A stretch of 64,000 nt of DNA from Candidatus Poribacteria bacterium (GTDB taxonomy: Bacteria; Poribacteria; WGA-4E; WGA-3G), in contig CBDFHD010000002.1 of NCBI GenBank assembly GCA_965247285.1, forward strand, positions 1,139,772 to 1,203,771. The letters are read 5' to 3'. Of this stretch, positions 59,533 through 64,000 are shown piece by piece. Within the stretch, counting starts at the first letter, position 1; the number at the start of each line of letters is the position of its first letter. The notes beneath the pieces were generated by a model. That model had not been told where the DNA came from. It did not search any database and saw only the letters and a list, made by a program, of their open reading frames with translations. A program made the position numbers and the translations under genes.

Positions 59533-59561
59533 TTGCAATCGCCCAGAATTTCTGTTAAACT
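59533..59561 (+). promoter_or_regulatory. putative sigma70 promoter for the PEGA-domain gene
   Basis: TTGCAA at 59533-59538, a 17-bp spacer, then TAAACT at 59556-59561. Confidence 0.35.
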
Positions 59562-59579
59562 ACTACTAAATTAGAGGCT

Positions 59580-61238
59580 ATGAAACATACACTTCGGACG
59601 AAAAGCATGTCAAAGCAGAACATTATTTTTATCACTATCTCTATTTGTGTCGCATTAACTATCTTCGTATCAACACCAGCACTCTCGGTTGATTCTGGCA
59701 CACACTGGCTCATTGTGGACACAACACCAGAAGCACATGCCCATGAACTGGTAAACTCACTGATTGAACTCCTAACGACACGCGGAAAAGTACCGAGTGA
59801 GCAGATCCACCATGTTGAAGGTGACAGTGCCACGTCTGAAGAGATTCATGCCATGATTCAAGAAGTTGGGAGGCAAACCGCGGTTCAGGACACTCTGATT
59901 TTTCTATATCACGGGATAGTTACCAAACCGAGAGGCATGAACGCCATGCACCTGCTAACACAAGGAGACGAACAAGGGATCCAAGATGCCACCCTCAATG
60001 ACTGGTTCAGAGAGACAGAAAGAAAGCACACCGTTGTTATTGTCGATGGTTACACAGAGGACACAAACCTAAACGCCTACTACGCGAATCGCGAGATACT
60101 CGGCACCGCTGCACTCAACGCGATCCAATCGGCAGAGAAAGCAAACACAACAGTCTTCCTTCAGCGACTCCACGATACGCTTACGGTAGATACAACCGAT
60201 ACAAACGATAATCGGCAGCTCAGCATTATAGAAAGTTACGAACTGTTGCGAACCAATCTCGATTTTGTGGAGGGAATTCTTGCACCAACGGGTGATGTCG
60301 AAGCGGCACTGCTCAAGCTTAGCCCTGCGCTTAAGATCACAACATTCCCTGAAAGCGCAGAAATTATCATCAACGACGTAGAGGTTGGAAGCACACCGAA
60401 ACTCATCACAGAAAATCTGCAACAAGGCACCTCCACTGTAACCGTAAAGAAAGCGGGGTACATCATCCCACTGCCCAAAACAGCTGAACTGCAATTAGAA
60501 CTTGGAGAATCCGTCCATATTGGCTGGGCACTTGAGCCTATTGCTATTCACGGCACCGTTATAGGCGTGTCGGATGCGTCACCTGCTGGATCTGTTGTCT
60601 GGATTGATGGAACGGCATATCAACAGGTCGTGAAAGCTGATGGAATCTACCGTTTCGACGAGTGGAAGGATTCAGGTTCACTGAGTCTCGGTGAGACGTA
60701 TACGCTCTATGTGAAACAGGGGAACCTGAATTACGGTTCGGCAACTTTCACATTTGACGGCTATACCGACATAGCACAATCCCTGCAGCTTATTCAGCGA
60801 ACATGGTTTGAAGTCGCACAAATCGAATTCGACCGGCATAATCACCAAGGGGCTGTCACTGCTTTTCAAAATGGGATTGAAATCACGAGAGACTTTCCGC
60901 AAATGTCCCCTGACTTAACAGTTCTACTGCTCAGTTCCTTCGCTGATGCCGTAGAGAAACAAGACGTTCAGGATGTCACCTATCTCATCGTTACAGCAAA
61001 ACTCGCGGAACAACTCGGTCAACCTGCCCTTGCAAAAAAGTATTGGGAAGAGGTGAAAACAAAAGCAGACAAGGGGAGTTCCTCCGCTAAACTGGCAAAT
61101 CAACGACTGTGGCACCTGAACCGTGGACGCTATCTCTTGAATATCGGCTTGATTGTGTTGCTCGTAGTCCTATTGGCATCTGGAGCGTGGACGTTTTTTA
61201 GATACCGAAAGTCCAATCGAACCGTGCCATCAGATTGA
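59580..61238 (+). CDS. secreted, C-terminally membrane-anchored protein with PEGA domain
   Basis: 552 aa. Signal peptide, then PEGA-like segment (ITTFPESAEIIINDVEVGSTPKLITENLQQGTSTVTVKKAGY), then a C-terminal TM (LLNIGLIVLLVVLLASGAW). The N-terminal domain has a caspase-like HG motif (FLYHGIV) but no Cys. Confidence 0.55.
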   Translation: MKHTLRTKSMSKQNIIFITISICVALTIFVSTPALSVDSGTHWLIVDTTPEAHAHELVNSLIELLTTRGKVPSEQIHHVEGDSATSEEIHAMIQEVGRQTAVQDTLIFLYHGIVTKPRGMNAMHLLTQGDEQGIQDATLNDWFRETERKHTVVIVDGYTEDTNLNAYYANREILGTAALNAIQSAEKANTTVFLQRLHDTLTVDTTDTNDNRQLSIIESYELLRTNLDFVEGILAPTGDVEAALLKLSPALKITTFPESAEIIINDVEVGSTPKLITENLQQGTSTVTVKKAGYIIPLPKTAELQLELGESVHIGWALEPIAIHGTVIGVSDASPAGSVVWIDGTAYQQVVKADGIYRFDEWKDSGSLSLGETYTLYVKQGNLNYGSATFTFDGYTDIAQSLQLIQRTWFEVAQIEFDRHNHQGAVTAFQNGIEITRDFPQMSPDLTVLLLSSFADAVEKQDVQDVTYLIVTAKLAEQLGQPALAKKYWEEVKTKADKGSSSAKLANQRLWHLNRGRYLLNIGLIVLLVVLLASGAWTFFRYRKSNRTVPSD

Positions 61239-61370
61239 AACCGTCAGAAATAGTCCCCTCCCATCATTTCTGCATCTCCGTAATCCTGCCTATCTTGGTT
61301 CAGACGATGGACTTTATACGTCTTGCCTTGGTGATGCGTTATGTGGGTTTCACCTTCGTTTCCACCCAAC

Positions 61371-62453
61371 CTACGGAATCTGTATATTAGGCAAAAGTTC
61401 TTCTAATACGACCGTCGCATACCCACCCGCAGGTAGCGTAAAACTGAGACGGACTCCCCGACCATTGACGGTTTCCAACACCTCATGCAATTGCATCGGC
61501 ATCCGTAAAGGTCTACGCGTCCCCGGTAAACGGATCCCGACAACCTTACGAAAGGCTTCAAGTCGAACCCCTTCATCTGCAAGGATCGATTTCTCCAACG
61601 TGAGCACGTCGCCAGTCGGCAGACGCATCTTATATCCGAAAATCGGACCCGAAGGACTAATTTCAAATGCATCTGCTCGCGGTTGCTCAGCGGTAGCGTC
61701 CGCAACGAGAAAAGGTGCTCCGTTGTCGTGTTTCACAGCGATGTCACCTTCAAGGAGTTCGCCCAAACAAGGAGTCCGCTTTTCCAAGACGCGGTTAAAC
61801 AGGGACGCCTGATACGCCGACAAAAACAACTTGCGCAGTCGATGTGGAATACACATTACGACCTTTTCGGGGGACCTTTTTGCTAATTCTCGTTGCATAC
61901 GGCGCGCCACATCATCAATCTGTAGTGCGTCATCTGTGATTATATAACGCAAGACCGCATCCCAATCCGTCTTTACCAACGCTTTGCCAATCAGATGTGA
62001 ATCGTTTTTATTGCCAAATCGCTGTGCCCCGAAGCGATTCGGTACACCTTCAGTTGCCAACCGATCCATTACCGCTTTGACACGGGGCAGTGTATCGTGA
62101 GGAACATCGTGTACGGTTATCTCAAAACGGTTGCCTCGGAGGTGTCCTACCCGTAATTTATGGGGATGCCGCTCTGCCCATAGCACTTCAATATTCGGTT
62201 GTTCAATTTTCAAAACCCGTTCCGGTAACACCCCTTCGACAGATAGCACCTGTGTTGTGACTGCGTTCCTATCCTTCAAGCCGGCGTAACCAAACTGCTG
62301 GGGGCGTACCTGTAAATCCCGTGCAATTCGGTTAATTGCTTCCAAGGTGCTGAGATTCCGTTTCCGAATAGCGAAAAAGGTATGCGTTCCCGTTCCGGTA
62401 GGTTCATAAAGCGGTAGTTCCTCGACAATAAAATTTTCAGGTTCTTTAATCAT
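61371..62453 (-). CDS. truD: tRNA pseudouridine(13) synthase
   Basis: About 360 aa from MIKEPENFIVEELP with AAGAGGA as SD. TruD family (catalytic-Asp region FGYAGLKDRNAVTTQ). Confidence 0.8.
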   Translation of the reverse strand: MIKEPENFIVEELPLYEPTGTGTHTFFAIRKRNLSTLEAINRIARDLQVRPQQFGYAGLKDRNAVTTQVLSVEGVLPERVLKIEQPNIEVLWAERHPHKLRVGHLRGNRFEITVHDVPHDTLPRVKAVMDRLATEGVPNRFGAQRFGNKNDSHLIGKALVKTDWDAVLRYIITDDALQIDDVARRMQRELAKRSPEKVVMCIPHRLRKLFLSAYQASLFNRVLEKRTPCLGELLEGDIAVKHDNGAPFLVADATAEQPRADAFEISPSGPIFGYKMRLPTGDVLTLEKSILADEGVRLEAFRKVVGIRLPGTRRPLRMPMQLHEVLETVNGRGVRLSFTLPAGGYATVVLEELLPNIQIP

Positions 62454-62598
62454 CTGATTCCTCTTATCCCCCTTAATTTCTCTGCCATTATAGTCATCAT
62501 TCACCAATTTGTCAAACTGTGGAAAACAGAAATATTTCCTTGCCACAGGCACTTAATTGTGGTATACTTAACAGTGAAACACCAAAAAGGAGGGGAAG

Positions 62599-63858
62599 AT
62601 GGCTTACATAATTAGCGAACCGTGTGTTGATGTAATGGACACCGCATGCGTTGATGTCTGTCCGGTTGACTGTATACACACCACTGAAGGCGAAAAGCAG
62701 CTTTACATCAACCCAGATGAATGTATTGACTGCGCTGCATGCGAACCTGTGTGTCCGGTTGACGCGATCTCCATGCAAAGTGATGTCCCCAGCGAATGGG
62801 AACCGTTTATTGAGATAAACCGTAAATTTTTTGAGACCTTCGTTAAACCTGAAACCGCGGACGCAGGAGCCGATGAAACAGGAAAAACTAAACAAGGGAA
62901 GCAACAAGGTATACCGGAAGAATTTGTGCAAATACCGGAGGTCCCAGACTCAAGCCTTCGCGCACCATACAATGTCTTAATAATGCTCTTACAACCGCTT
63001 CTCGGTGCCTTTTCAGCGAAGTTTAAAGCACGGCTTGAGGAGATGGCTGGCAACACGCTCGTCTTTAGTTCTGCGGTATCAACAGGTATCAATAGCCTCA
63101 TTAACTTGACGCTTTATCCGCTTATCCTCTTCTTCATCGGAGTCAAAGGACAAAGTGCCAACCTTTTTACGAGTGAAGGCAACCTGATGATTTTCTTGGG
63201 GATCATCATCGCTATTTCTGAAGGTATTTACCGGTTTAAAGACGAGTTCAATTCCACAGCTGAACAACCGCGCTACGGTGCCGCCTTCTACGGATGGTTC
63301 CCCTCACTCATTGCAACCCCACTCCTAATTGGCTTACGCTCAGCACTCGTCGGTCAGCGAAAAGAAGAACGCACAACGATGCCCGGAGCGGTCCTCACAG
63401 ATGGCAAGATCTATTCTGACGATGTACGGGAACGTTACAGACGCTACGGCATGATAAATCGCCTTACAGAACAGGCGAATCACTACGAGGTCGAAATCGA
63501 ATTTCCGAGGTGGGTGCCGAATTCTGTCGCGAAACAAGAGCATGAACTCCCTGATAGAATGCCGGACTACACGTATGAAATTCAACTCAGTTCGCCGTAT
63601 GTCCCCGGTGAATCCCTCACGCCTGAAAGTATCTTGACTGTGCAAACACAATTGGATGATCCAAGGTTTGCCTCTGTTGTAGGTCGCACAAGCTCATTCC
63701 CGAACGGTTTCACAAATATCATGCCGATCTCAGGACAACCAGAAGATTTTCAGGCAACTTATCGGAATAAAGTATTGACGATTATCGTCTCCAAAAGCGG
63801 TACATGCGAATCACTCGGACTTGAACCAACAGTGCATTATGCCAAACTGAAGGGATAG
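62599..63858 (+). CDS. 7Fe (FdxA-type) ferredoxin fused to a multi-pass membrane domain and a C-terminal beta-rich module
   Basis: First roughly 105 aa match Azotobacter-type FdxA (AYIISEPCVDVMDTACVDVCPVDCIH...CIDCAACEPVCPVDAI). They are followed by 3-4 TM helices and a roughly 110-aa C-terminal domain with faint Hsp20/CS-like character. SD AAAGGAGGGGAAG lies before the ATG. Confidence 0.55.
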   Translation: MAYIISEPCVDVMDTACVDVCPVDCIHTTEGEKQLYINPDECIDCAACEPVCPVDAISMQSDVPSEWEPFIEINRKFFETFVKPETADAGADETGKTKQGKQQGIPEEFVQIPEVPDSSLRAPYNVLIMLLQPLLGAFSAKFKARLEEMAGNTLVFSSAVSTGINSLINLTLYPLILFFIGVKGQSANLFTSEGNLMIFLGIIIAISEGIYRFKDEFNSTAEQPRYGAAFYGWFPSLIATPLLIGLRSALVGQRKEERTTMPGAVLTDGKIYSDDVRERYRRYGMINRLTEQANHYEVEIEFPRWVPNSVAKQEHELPDRMPDYTYEIQLSSPYVPGESLTPESILTVQTQLDDPRFASVVGRTSSFPNGFTNIMPISGQPEDFQATYRNKVLTIIVSKSGTCESLGLEPTVHYAKLKG

Positions 63859-63879
63859 CGAAACTTGCAGCTATAGGCT

Positions 63880-64000
63880 ATGGTTGATAAAGAAACGCTT
63901 GTCGATTGGGATAAGCGTTACCTCTGGCACCCGTTCACGCAAATGCAGGATTGGCTGGCGGAGGAGCCAGTCATCATTGAACGGGGTGACGGATGCTACC
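63880..64000 (+). CDS. bioA: adenosylmethionine-8-amino-7-oxononanoate aminotransferase (partial, N-terminus only)
   Basis: [25 protein letters not shown]... is the typical BioA N-terminus. Runs off the window. Confidence 0.6.
   Translation, partial: MVDKETLVDWDKRYLWHPFTQMQDWLAEEPVIIERGDGCY

Noticed and set aside
1-64000. tRNA, rRNA, transposase or integrase genes
   Set aside because: Scanning intergenic regions by eye found no T-loop (GTTCGAATC-type) contexts, no rRNA-like stretches, and no ORFs with transposase or integrase motifs. A tRNA cannot be fully excluded without tRNAscan.

Overview
The window is a roughly 64 kb chromosomal segment from a Gram-negative-type bacterium. Evidence for Gram-negative: a GT9 heptosyltransferase, a TolC-family protein and lipobox lipoproteins. 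About 90 percent of genes are on the minus strand. The conserved core holds an 11-gene NADH:quinone oxidoreductase cluster (nuoA-B-C-D-[VOC]-E-F-G-H-J-K-L). nuoI, nuoM and nuoN are absent from the cluster, which has unusually long intercistronic spacers. The rest of the core is pdxH, trkH-trkA, gcvP-gcvH-gcvT and the classic rimP-nusA-ylxR-infB-DUF503-rbfA-(nrnA instead of truB)-ribF-rpsO-pnp supercluster. Further genes are cca, dedA, a heptosyltransferase, a CPBP protease, acs, an rpoD-like sigma factor, nfuA, a TolC/MFP/ABC efflux operon, truD and bioA (partial). Accessory or decaying material includes: (1) a large MmeI-like single-chain type IIL restriction-modification gene next to a degraded DUF433/DUF5615 pair; (2) a small graveyard of defense remnants (HsdR_N-like fragment, frameshifted antidote, truncated killer, truncated Gp49-like toxin); (3) a truncated efflux permease; (4) a VOC gene fragment; (5) an orphan sulfopyruvate-decarboxylase-alpha-like gene. 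The most striking sequence-level signal is a modular set of short intergenic repeat families, concentrated in the nuo spacers. One family has a palindromic core that keeps its hairpin through compensatory changes; another is a roughly 100-bp leader ending in a strong Shine-Dalgarno-like motif immediately before start codons. Other oddities are a ferredoxin fused to a membrane domain with a C-terminal module, a Pnp with an Arg/Asp/Ser-rich tail, and a sigma factor with a 99-bp in-frame tandem duplication. I found no tRNA or rRNA genes by eye, no CRISPR array, and no transposase or integrase.
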